Positions 12,741-23,300 of a stretch of 64,000 nt of DNA are shown piece after piece. Within the stretch, counting starts at the first letter, position 1; each line of letters begins with the position of its first letter. The notes below the pieces were generated by a model. The model was given only the letters and a program-made list of their open reading frames with translations, was not told the origin of the DNA and made no database searches. Made by a program: the position numbers and the translations under genes. Source of the DNA: Selaginella moellendorffii (taxonomy: Eukaryota; Plantae; Lycopodiophyta); NCBI RefSeq assembly GCF_000143415.4, contig NW_003314310.1, positions 800,611 to 864,610 of the forward strand, in the 5' to 3' direction.

Positions 12741-12785
12741 AGATCATATAGCTCCGAACACTAATCACTCTCTCTCTTTCTCTTT

Positions 12786-12910
12786 ATATGTGATCTTTAC
12801 ATAGATTCTCTGCAGTCTACTTTCTGTATGTTAGATTCTCTGCAGTCTACTTCTCGTATGTGATCTTACTTAGATTCTTTGCATTCTGCTTTTCGTATGT
12901 AATCTCTTAA
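12786..12910 (+). repeat. Imperfect tandem repeat (about 3 copies, 30-40 bp) downstream of Em gene 1
   Basis: Recurring tagattctctgcagtctactt...gtatgt. Confidence 0.7.
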
Positions 12911-12977
12911 CTAGCTATGGAAGTTCTTGGTGAAAGTCCAAAATGCGTATAGTTATTAGTTTTGCCACGGGTCAAGC

Positions 12978-13051
12978 TGCATGGCGTGGTAGACGTGTTT
13001 ACCTGGTTGGGTAACGTGGCAGCACCACGGGGGTGTCGGCAAGCGTATAAA
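12978..13051 (+). promoter_or_regulatory. RY element, two ABRE-like ACGTG boxes, DRE core and TATA upstream of Em gene 2
   Basis: TGCATG 12978-83; ACGTGT 12993-98; ACGTGGC 13014-20; GTCGGC (reverse complement GCCGAC) 13035-40; TATAAA 13046-51. Confidence 0.65.
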
Positions 13052-13155
13052 GTGATACCTCAGTCGCAAATGGTTCGCCATTGGCTCATTCTCAGTACAG
13101 TGGAAAGCGAGTGAAAGAGTGCAAAGGAAACGAGAGATTTGTCGCGATAGGAGAA

Positions 13156-13559
13156 ATGGCCACCAGGCAGCAGAGGAAGGAGCTCGACGAGGCCGCTCGC
13201 CAGGGCGAGACGGTGGTTCCGGGAGGAACGGGTGGGCAGAGCTTGGAAGCGCAGGAGCATCTTGCTGAAGGTAATAGAGGTTCTTCTCTGTTCTTCTGAT
13301 TTGTATGTTGGCTTTCTCACTACTTTTAGATTTCTTCTCATGATTTCCTGAGTTTCTTAGATTCTAATGCGTTTTTGTTTTGGTTTCCTTCTAAGGTCGG
13401 AGCAAGGGAGGCCAGACGAGGAAGGAGCAGCTTGGGACTGAGGGCTACAAGGAAATGGGGAAGAAAGGCGGGCTCACCACCACAGAGAAGTCGGCCGATG
13501 AGCGCATTGCCGACGAGGGCATCAAAGTCGACGAGTCCAAGTTCAAGACCAAATCTTAA
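13156..13559 (+). CDS. Em-like LEA group 1 protein, 2 exons (13156-13270, 13396-13559), 92 aa; tandem paralog
   Basis: [65 protein letters not shown]...[10 protein letters not shown]. Same intron position as gene 1. Confidence 0.94.
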
Positions 13560-13781
13560 GTGAAGATCTCCATTTCCTTTTCCTTCTGTTGATCTTAAGT
13601 TCAGTGGCTGCTTGTAAACATTTCCATTTCCTTCTCCATGTAAGTAGCTTCAAAAGCTGTTGATGTGATCCAATGTTTCTCGTACCTCAACACAAACTCT
13701 CGTGGTTGAAAAGCTCACTTTCATCCAATGTTTTCTTCGTGTTCCTTCTTGTCAACGAATATACACAAGTGCCCAGGCACT

Positions 13782-14430
13782 CTATGGAATGCTTCCAAGG
13801 GCTTTGAGGCCAAGAACAATGCCAACACCCGCAATGTGGCCAACCACACCGAAGGCGACCGTGTCGCTTCCTGTGAATCCCGCGGGATCACCGGTTTGGA
13901 GACCCGAGTCTCTGTCCACCAGCTTCAACCCAGCCAGCGCCTGCCGGTTAGCTGACGGTGCCAATCCAAATCGCCCGGCGATGAGAGACAACGTCGTGCA
14001 AGCAACCATTATCTGGAAAAAAGAAAACAAAATCTTGCAAGTCAGTCATGGCAGATAGAAAATTTCTAAAACGCATTGTCGAATCGAAGTTGTCGTGAAT
14101 AATCAAGTCAGTCATTGGAGTTCCTAGTTCAAGGAAGGAACATGGTTCCTACACTAGAAAAGCTATGCGTGAACTACGTACCAGATTCGTGGGTGATCCA
14201 ATGAAGCCGCATCGTGCTCCGAGAGCTCCTTTGCCTCTGCATCTCAGCGACGGCAGGGCCTGGAGAATCATCCAAAGCGAAGTAATCAGCAAAATCCAAC
14301 TCGAGAGAGTTCTGTAACTTACGAGGGTGGTGGTCTGAGCACGGCTGAAGCTGGTGCTGGCTTTGAGGCCCTGGAACTCACGACCAACAATGGTGCCAGG
14401 CAATGCTGCTTGTGTCGCCATGGCTGCCAT
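13782..14430 (-). CDS. PSAK: Photosystem I subunit K precursor, 3 exons
   Basis: Transit peptide [11 protein letters not shown]...GKGALGARC, then [31 protein letters not shown]...[13 protein letters not shown]...[14 protein letters not shown]-box-like CTTATC upstream at about 14494. Confidence 0.95.
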
Positions 14431-14654
14431 CTCAATACCCAGAGACTCTAGAGAGGATAAAAGGTGGATTGGGAACAATACCCCCAAAAGGCCTTATCTT
14501 CACCTCATTGGCCGGAGCTAGGATCAGATGTTTTGCTTAGAACTCTTCTGTTTTAGCTTCAAATAAGACGTTGTTCCTACAAATAAAACCATTAGCGATC
14601 GAGCCTAGACCTGATGGGAAGCTTTTTCTAGTTCGCAGCACATTTTGTCCGAAA

Positions 14655-14960
14655 ACTTATCCACCTAAAGTAACACCCTGCACAAAGAAGCAGACCTCTA
14701 TGGTTTTTTTAGAGGATAAATATGAAAAGCCCTCTTTAACAGAGTTCAAGTGCATGGAGGATACAAAACCACGAACCTGCTCAAGGCACAAGTTTCTCCA
14801 ACAACAACGCAATTTAAACAAGACAAGTTCTTTAAGCAATCTATACAGAAAAACACTTAGAAAACACATGTTTGTAAGACGCATAAAAAAGACAAGGAAA
14901 CGCAAAATGTTACCTCATGAATTAAGCCGTGTCCAGCAGTGCATTGCACTCCTAGCCAGC
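14655..14960 (-). pseudogene. Small decayed duplicate fragment of the SAT gene
   Basis: atccacctaaagtaacaccctgcacaaa...acgaacctgctcaagg mirrors 15458-15548 (QGVTLGG exon edge plus intron). Confidence 0.55.
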
Positions 14961-15059
14961 ACAAATCCAGAGTTTTCGTGGATCTGGAATCGATTATTCC
15001 AACTAACCAATACATACCAGCTTTTATATATGTACAGATTCTCTTTCTAATTGTCCATC

Positions 15060-16951
15060 TTATATTCCAGCGCCTTCACAGAGACTGTCGTCGGAAATTT
15101 GGCAGCTCATTGCATCTGTAGAGAAGAAAAAGACAGAAGAAAGAAAATTCAGAAAAATACCCCAAAAGTCGTACCGTGTTTCATCGTCAAGGCAGGAGTG
15201 GGCTCTTCTAGAGTTCCTACGACTTTGGCAGGAGTTCCAGCCGCTACACTGCAAGACTCAAAGACTAGTTGGAACAAGAAAATAACGAAAGAGAATCTAA
15301 AAAGTTAACCTGTGTGGAGGCACATCTTTAAGAACCAGTGATCCAGCAGCGACCATGGAGCAACGACCGATTCTTATGTTGCCTAGGATCGTTGCTCCAG
15401 CTCCAATGAGCACCCCTTCTTCGATTTTGGGATGCCTGTCACCGGCTTCTTTGCCCGATCCACCTAAAGTGACACCCTGTACAAAAAAAGCACGGAGTTT
15501 TTAGTGCATGGAGAACACAAAAAAGGAGAGAACGAACCTGCATCAAGGAAACTCTATCGCCTATAACACAAGTCTCTCCGATCACTACGCCCGTTCCGTG
15601 GTCAAGCATTATAGCTTTCCCGATTCGCGCAGCTGCATAGGACGTGACAAGTTCTTTAGTCTCGTAGCTCAGTATTTGAAGGAACAAAAAGCGTAGCACC
15701 TGGATGGATATCTACAGCAAACACCTGAAAAACTACAAATATTTCGTAAAACACCGTATACCCGGTGGAAAGCAAAAGTGCAAAACACGAAAGGTTACCT
15801 CACTGATTCTGCTTTGCAATGCCAGCGCCAACACTCGCTGCCCGCGATTCCAAAGCGCATGAGCTACTCTGTAGGATTGCAAAGCGTGATAGCCCTGCAA
15901 GCAAAGAGAAGAGGAAACAAAAAGAGTGAGCACGAAAGGAAACGTAAGCACAACCTTTAAGTACAGGAGAGCCGAACTGTAAGATCTGCACGATGGATCG
16001 CGACTTCTCACGGCCTACAAAGGGTGTAAGAAAACTAGAAAGAAAATAGAAGAAAGCTCTTTAACCTGGACATCCAGACGAATAGCTTCCTGGACTTGAG
16101 GCTCGTGCGTGAAGACATCGTCGAAAACGTCCAGGAGCTGCGTCGCCAAGAGGGTCACATTCTTCAGCCGGTTGGCGAGAACAAAGCCCACAGAGCGCTC
16201 GAAACAAGGATGAGCCAGTATACTAGCATACAGAAAACTGCTCAGAAGTGGCTCTTTCTCTGCCTGGAAAAAAAAACACACACACACACAAAAAGAGAGA
16301 GGAGAGAATGAGAAAGTTGTGATCGCAACAAGCAAGTACCTCAAGCCGTGCTTCGGCCCGGATTGCTGCCCAGATTGGATCGTGAGTTATAAGCTCGGAG
16401 AGATTTCTTCCACCTTCTTTTGGTGGCTTTGCACTGGAACAAGGTGGCGCTGACAATGGAGTACTTACGTGTGACTCGAGCTCTTTCACGGACTCGGCGG
16501 CTGCCTTGGCCGCCGAGACTTCGCCACCAACGACTCCATCGCCACAGTGATCATCCCCACCTCCACTCTGGATGTAGGCAGGGAAGACACTCTTCCACTG
16601 TTCTTCGTCCACGGCAGGAGAGCGAGAATCCTTGGCGGGAGAATGCTTGTCGATTCCCTCGCAGCTCGCCCGGCTCTTGTCCTCCTGCGGCTCGACGCTC
16701 TTGTGGGAGTACTGGCCAAACCCAAACGGCGCGTTGATCTCGCTCCCTTCGAAGCTGCTCAGGCTGGTGTCCTTGGCCTGCTCCGTGATCCTGCTCGCCC
16801 GGAAGCTGGATTGGTCGTCCCGGGCCCGAAAAGCCCCATTCGATCCATTTGGGTCGGCTGCTGCTCCGCAGCGGACGTGAGGCGACATGGCGATGCGCCC
16901 GTATCCCACGATCGAGCTGCCGATTCCAACAGAGCCCAGCCACAATGCCAT
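15060..16951 (-). CDS. SERAT3: Serine O-acetyltransferase, group 3 (SERAT3-like), multi-exon, long N-terminal extension
   Basis: [32 protein letters not shown]; [28 protein letters not shown]; DIHP; [12 protein letters not shown]; GVTLGG; hexapeptide repeats; KDVPPHS. The spliced last exon gives ...[19 protein letters not shown]. Confidence 0.92.
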
Positions 16952-17939
16952 CTAACGAGACTTACATGGCAACCCTACATACCTAGCCGGTTTAGGGCTC
17001 TTAGAAGTGGTAATCCCAAAATATAATACAGGCAAATGCTGGGCAGCCAAGTGTTCAATAGATGCACATCTCTTAGAATTGTGAATGCTCAGTACCGTGA
17101 TTGAGTTTAACATAATCTTGCCATAAAGCCGTTTAGCATGGAAGCATTCTCTACTAGGGCATACGCAAAATGCATAGAAGAAACAATTTAACATATAAAG
17201 AATTAGTTCATGCTCTAACAGGTTATAACAGGCTATAACCACCAAGCATATCCTATATAAAATATAGTAAACATGGATATTTACCTTTAGAACCTTTTTA
17301 TTAGGACAAATCTTACAGTTATAAAATGGGTGCATAATCACTCTTAAGAAATTGTTGTAGGAGCATGATAAAGGTTCATAAGATTTGTTATGTTTTTCAA
17401 TATATGTTATACTTACATTCTGTTCAATCACCTCCAAATTGATACATAAACTATATTATATTTATAATTAATCAGTGTATGGAGAAAAAGGATTATTGTT
17501 TTAGAGGGATGATTGCTTTGAGAGTCTATATCTGAAAAGTGAAAGATCTATGCATTTGTGTACATGTTTTTAAATTTTTTTGCATTGAGTGGAATAGATA
17601 CACCTACATTTTCCATGTGAAAAGAACTGATTATAAAACTAGCCTCAGTAACAATCTTTGAATGATTTTCTATCTCACAAGAATGTTTATCCTAGTGGAA
17701 ATGCAGCTTTAAGCATTACAAAGTTGTTCATGGGCTCTTTTCTTTTCCCTTATTACCCTTTCTAAAAATATTTAAAATTAATTAAATATGACTTAACACA
17801 ATTTTCTTTCACTTTTCTAACATCTAATGAGTAGAAGCAGCCATCAAAGTTTTGTCAGGTGGCTTATATGGTAGACTGTAAAAATCCCAATACCTTGATT
17901 TTTGTGTAAATCCCTAGCCAGTAGAGGAGTAGAGGAGCA

Positions 17940-19052
17940 ATGGAAATTAGAAAGGAGAAGAAGCTTGAGAGGGTATTACAAGCTAGAGTTTCCATAGCAG
18001 GTAACAAGGTGAATCTTGGGCCCCTGCTAGACAAGGTGAAAAAATCAAGTGGCCACTCTAAAATTAGTAAGTCTATAAACTGGAAGGATGTGGCAGCTTA
18101 CCACCATGGGCCTGATGTCAAATCAGCCCACCTCAAGCACCTCAAGGCTTTTGAGAGTGGCCAGGTCTTTGGTGCTACATTTGATGCCACCAAAGGGAAT
18201 GTTGATCCAAATGCAAAGGCACTAATCCACTCTCATGTCAAAGAGGCCCTGGCCCATTTAAGGAAGTTGGCTTTGGATCCAGGAAATGCAGGCCACAGTG
18301 AAGGGGACAACGGGAAATTCCAAGAAACAATCAAGGGATTCTTGGGTCGCCTCCAGAGCAACCACCTCAAGGTACAATTAATTGATTAATTACATGGTTT
18401 ACATAACTTTTAAGTACAGAGCAATAGACCACGACGACCTTCCAAGTATGCGCTTCGCTCTCACACACCCCACACACCTCGACCCAAACTTCAGCCTCAA
18501 ACTCCCTTGGAGCGCAAGAGCGTTCCAGTCGGAGAGAGATTTCAAGCTGTAGTTCCCTCTACCGTGGCTGTCAATGCCGACAACGATGACGAGAACTCAA
18601 AGCTCTTTCTAGGAGAAGTGGTCTGGTCCAAAACAGAGGCGAGAAGCCATAGCGCTAGTATGTGCTTCTGCACGGACGATGGCTCGGAAGACTGTGTGAA
18701 ACTACACGTCAACGAGCAATGCGGGAAGCTCAAGCAGGAGCTGGGAGAGGACGTCTTCCGGGAGTGGGGGTTCCACACAATGGGAGAGAGCTTGATCAAG
18801 TTGGCCAAGTGGAGCATGCGAGAGCAAGCCGAGTTTTCGGCAATTGTGAGACGGTGCCAGGGGGACAACGAGAAGAAGCTTTGGCCGGACCTCCAAGCTT
18901 CCTTCGCAGGAAGGAGGAACCGGGAGGAACTGGGAAGCTACTACTTCAACGTCTACGTGCTGAGGAAGAGAGCTCACCAAAACAGAACCTACGCACCCGA
19001 CAGTGAGAAGTTTGATACTGATAAGGAGGACGACGACTTACTGGTGACCTGA
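17940..19052 (+). CDS. ARID-ELM2-SANT chromatin protein, copy 1 (exons 17940-18371, 18420-19052; about 354 aa), ARID domain eroded
   Basis: Paralog of 60519-61765. A 48-bp GT-AG intron joins the two ORFs in frame. ELM2-like VPVGERFQAVVP; SANT-like WSMREQAEF...LGSYYFNVYVLRKRAHQNR. Confidence 0.8.
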
Positions 19053-19169
19053 GAGTCTTATGAGAGCTTCTTCTTTACTTGAGGCATGTTTTTGGATCCG
19101 CGCTCCTTGAAGCGATTCTCAGACTTATCTAAAAGGTAATAAACTATCTTATGTACACAAGAAAAACAA

Positions 19170-20065
19170 AAATACCTCGATCACCTATAACACAAGTCGT
19201 TCCATGGTCAGTTCGCGCAGCTGCATAGACGTGACAAGTTCTTTAATCTCGTAGCTCAGTGTCTGTAAGGAGAAAAGCGTACAATGAGAGGAGGAGCACG
19301 GAAGTAAAGCATTAGATGGATCACTTACGCATTTTGAAGAAACCATTGATTGTTAACGTAGCAAGAGCAGAGAGGTTATCTCACTGATTCTGTTTTGCAC
19401 AACACTCGCTGCCCGTGATTCCACAGGATTGTAAAGCGTGATAAGCCCTGCAAGCAAACAGAAGAAGAAACACGAAAGAGTGAGCACCAAAGAAAACGAA
19501 ACACAATCTTCAAGTACAAGAGAGCCGAAGTGTAAGATCTAGATGATGGATCGCGACTTCCAGACGAATAGCTTTCTGGCGTGCATGAAGACATCGTCGA
19601 GAACTTCGAAGTGCTGCGTCGCCAGATTTTTCAGCCGTTTAGCAAGAACAAAGCCGACAGAGCACGCAAAACATAAACTAAAGAAGAACTACTCTTTCTC
19701 AGCCTGGGAAAACACACACAAAAAAATTATGAAACTTGTGATCGCAACAAGCAAGTACCTCAAATCGCTGCCCTCGTGAGCTATAAACTCCGAGAGATTT
19801 CTTCCACCTTTGGGAGGCTTGGCCCTGAAACAAGGTGGCACTGACAATGGAGTATTATGTGTGACTCAAGCTCTTTCAGCGGCTGCCTTGGCCGCCGAGA
19901 CTTTGCCACAACCACATTAATCTTAAGACACTCTTCTACGACAGGAGAACCCTAGATCGCAGCGCCCGGCTCTTGTCCTTCTGTGGCTCGACGCTCGCGC
20001 GTTGATCTGACTCCCTCGAAGCCGCCCGGAAGCCGATTTTGATTGCGAAAAGCCCCATTCAGCGG
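19170..20065 (-). pseudogene. Truncated SAT pseudogene (copy of about 15550-16850, introns included)
   Basis: Colinear similarity to SAT exons and introns (e.g. tgacaagttctttaatctcgtagctcagt, gatcgcaacaagcaagtacctcaa) with many short deletions and frameshifts. The 3' half is missing. Confidence 0.88.
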
Positions 20066-20073
20066 ATTCTATA

Positions 20074-20388
20074 TGTTAGAGAGATATTTATTTGTAAATC
20101 TTAAACTATGAAGCATGGGCTCAATTCGTTGTGTTTCTTACTTCTTCTTTTGGCTACAATGGATCAATCAGAAGGTTTTTCTCAATGTGTTAAGATTGTG
20201 CTGATTTTGGTGGCACTGATTGAATTGGCAGAGTCGATCGAGCATTGGAGTTGCTCATATTGGATTGGGTGACGAGGGGCGCGGCCTGCCGAACGTCACC
20301 CCTTTTACGCAGCTTAGGTGGATTCCTAAAGAGTATTGAGATTTGCAAATCTCCAAATATTATATGAATATTCCTAGAATCTCTAACA
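20074..20388. mobile_element. Probable LTR (about 315 bp) of a degenerate retroelement
   Basis: Terminal inverted repeat TGTTAGAGA...TCTCTAACA. No TSD seen. Followed by A-rich decayed gag-like sequence. Confidence 0.5.
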
Positions 20389-23300
20389 GGTGACTATGAG
20401 AGCATCCAGATCATCTCCCTCTTCTTCATGACCGCTGGGAGCTCTCAATCACTCATGCATGGAATAGCCCCCTGCAAGCTAGAAAAGAATGGCCAAAAGT
20501 ATTGCATATAGATAGAGGATAAGGATGGATGATAAAAACATAAAGAGAAAATAGAAAAGGCTGTGGGGTCAAATTAGAACATGAACCCAAGAAAATAGAA
20601 AAAAGAAGAGATCACAATAGCTAAAGAAAAGAAGTAAGTTAGAAATGCGTCTCAAACCTAGATCTCTGCCTTGTGGGACTTATAGCACAATGTTACATAT
20701 ATTTTAAGAGCAATTTAGAGTTCAAATGAAAGAAAAGAAGAATAGAAGATGCATTAGTTAAGGATGTGAATCGATGAATGGAAGGTGAAAGGAAAACCAT
20801 TGTTTGATCAATAACTAGAGTCCCCAAAAATAGCACACTACATGCTCACCACAACAATGTCGAAGAGAAAGTGGCAAGTGATCAATACTGAGAGATTATC
20901 TATACAAAGAACTATTGGTCATTAAGAGAGGTGAAATGATGTAAAAATTATTTCATAAGAAGGACTTAGATGCCTCTGCATGTAATGTTATTAGAAGTCT
21001 TAGTTTGTTGCTAAGTTGAAACCATTGCACTAATCTAGTTGTGTTTATAACTCATAAATAATAATGAATCTTTTGGTTGAAACTTTTGTCATGTCTAAAT
21101 ACCATCTAGATAGTAAGTTGAAATGAAAACCGTTGAAAAAAATGTGAAGCCCAGCAGTGGTATCATAGAAAAGAATGGGAGTGCCATTTGTAGGCAATAC
21201 TATAAGAAATGATTAGCAAGTGATAATGGTGACTATAAAAATGAAAAGAAATGTTCAGTGAAAAATGATGAGAGTGATGGAGGGAAAACTAAAAACCCTA
21301 AACATGATTTAGAAAACTTAAAGCTTAGAGGGTAAAGTCTTATGAGGCTAAGAACCATAGTCCAAGAGCATTCCTCATAACTGCACAACCTGAAGAGAAG
21401 TGAAATAAAGTGAGAAAATTGGAAAAAGAAAGAAAAGGAAAACAAAACAAAAGCAAAAAAAAAAAAAAAGTGGAAAAAACACTTGGTGATAATCCTATCT
21501 GGAAGGGCATTGTTACAAGTGTGACAAAGACCTGCATTCACTATAAAGTGGAAAGAATAAAAGAATATGCTGAATGGTTGTTGATGTGAATGATCCAGTC
21601 TTAGAGTTGAGAGTGACTAGAGGAAGATTCTACTCCATGTCAAGACAACAAGAAAATGGTTGCTCCTCAAAATCACTACATTATAACATGTTTGTTTCAA
21701 CTCACATGAAACATATTTAGATATAAAGTGTGTAAAGGAGTCTTTTGAAGTCCACCATAGAGATTTAGTGCTAAAAGATTTGGTAGAAAAGTTGTTATAA
21801 AAGAAAACTTATCTACTACATCAAATGCTTATAAGCCAAATGCATAAGATCCATGGTTTTCAACTTGTTCTAAAGGTTGAAAATCCTTCTCAAGCCTACT
21901 ATGAAGCTTTTTTATTTGCTGTAGAAGTGAAAGCATAGCTAGATTAACCAACATCTTTAACTCATTTATACCAAGTATAGGTAGAATCTTTGTTGTACCT
22001 TGTGATTGGTTGGTCCTGACTAGGTTATGAGAACATGAGTAAAAATGAAAAGAGCATGTAAAAAAGTGATAACATTGTCTCATCCCACTTAAATCTTAAC
22101 ACCAACAATGTTAATGACAAAGCATCACTCCAATATCATCAACATTAAAGCAAAGCTAGAAAAAAGCAAAAGTGAATCACCATTCAAAACTCTTTAGCAA
22201 ATAAGCTAGTTAAAGTCAAAGATACTATACTTAGTATTTGAAATTAATCCTTTAACAATACTCAATTATAGATAACACTTCATCAAAGAGTGATTCACCA
22301 TGTCCAAGACTCAATGAAATCTAATACCACGGACTAAATGCAACCAAATAATATCGACAAAAGTAGAATTAATATGCTAACATGGAAAAACCATGCAAAC
22401 TTATAATACGATCCTTTGCAATACCATTTGGTAAAGTAAATCTATCATTATCATCAAATGAAGCAAGTGTTAACAGTTCTCAATGAAGTCTACAAGCAAT
22501 CACTAGTTGCAAAGCAATTAACAATCACTCTTCAACTTGCTTTCACAAAACCCAAAGATTAAACTCACCATTGAGTCCTATACTTATCCAGCATGAATGT
22601 AATACCCCAGGTATGAGATAAAGGTTTATAGACAAGTATGAACTAAATGACCACTTGATTCCAATTCAACCGCAATAAGCTCACCAACACATCTATCCAA
22701 TAGCTCTAAGCATGCCTTGAGGAAGCTAGTTATACTTGATTAACACTTAGTCGAAACTAAAGTGAAGATCATGAGATGGACTCATACTGGTACACAACCT
22801 CTTGATAGACAAGGCTATAATATGGGTACCAACATTTCAACCTCAAACAATTAAATTGGACATCACTATACTCAGCCAAGGTGCAAGATTACCAAGACTA
22901 AGTTAGGAACAATGAGAGTTCACTACTCTTATAAAGTTTAATGAAATGCAAGGTCTAGCCTGCCACCAAACACAACGTTATAAAAAAATAGCACACCCAC
23001 CTTTCTAAAAAAGTGCAATAACCATTTTTTTACACAAACTCCAGACTCTATCCAACAATTGCATTAACCCCAAAAGTTAATATCCCTTTCGGATTGCATC
23101 ATATAAACTACTTACTAAGGTTTAAGTCAACCGAAGTTAACTCCAATCTTCACTAGTTTGTATTGGCTTACGAAAACGAAATGGTTTTTAAGTAAAATGA
23201 TCAATAGATTAGTCATTAGATAAGTCTAAGAAAATTTGTGGAAAATTTCTCCTAAAGAAAGAATAACTCTCAGTCCAAGAATGTAAACTTTCAAGACTCA

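Noticed and set aside
16952-17437. 161-aa ORF upstream of SAT
   Set aside because: AT-rich, no motif, and composition unlike the real genes in this window.
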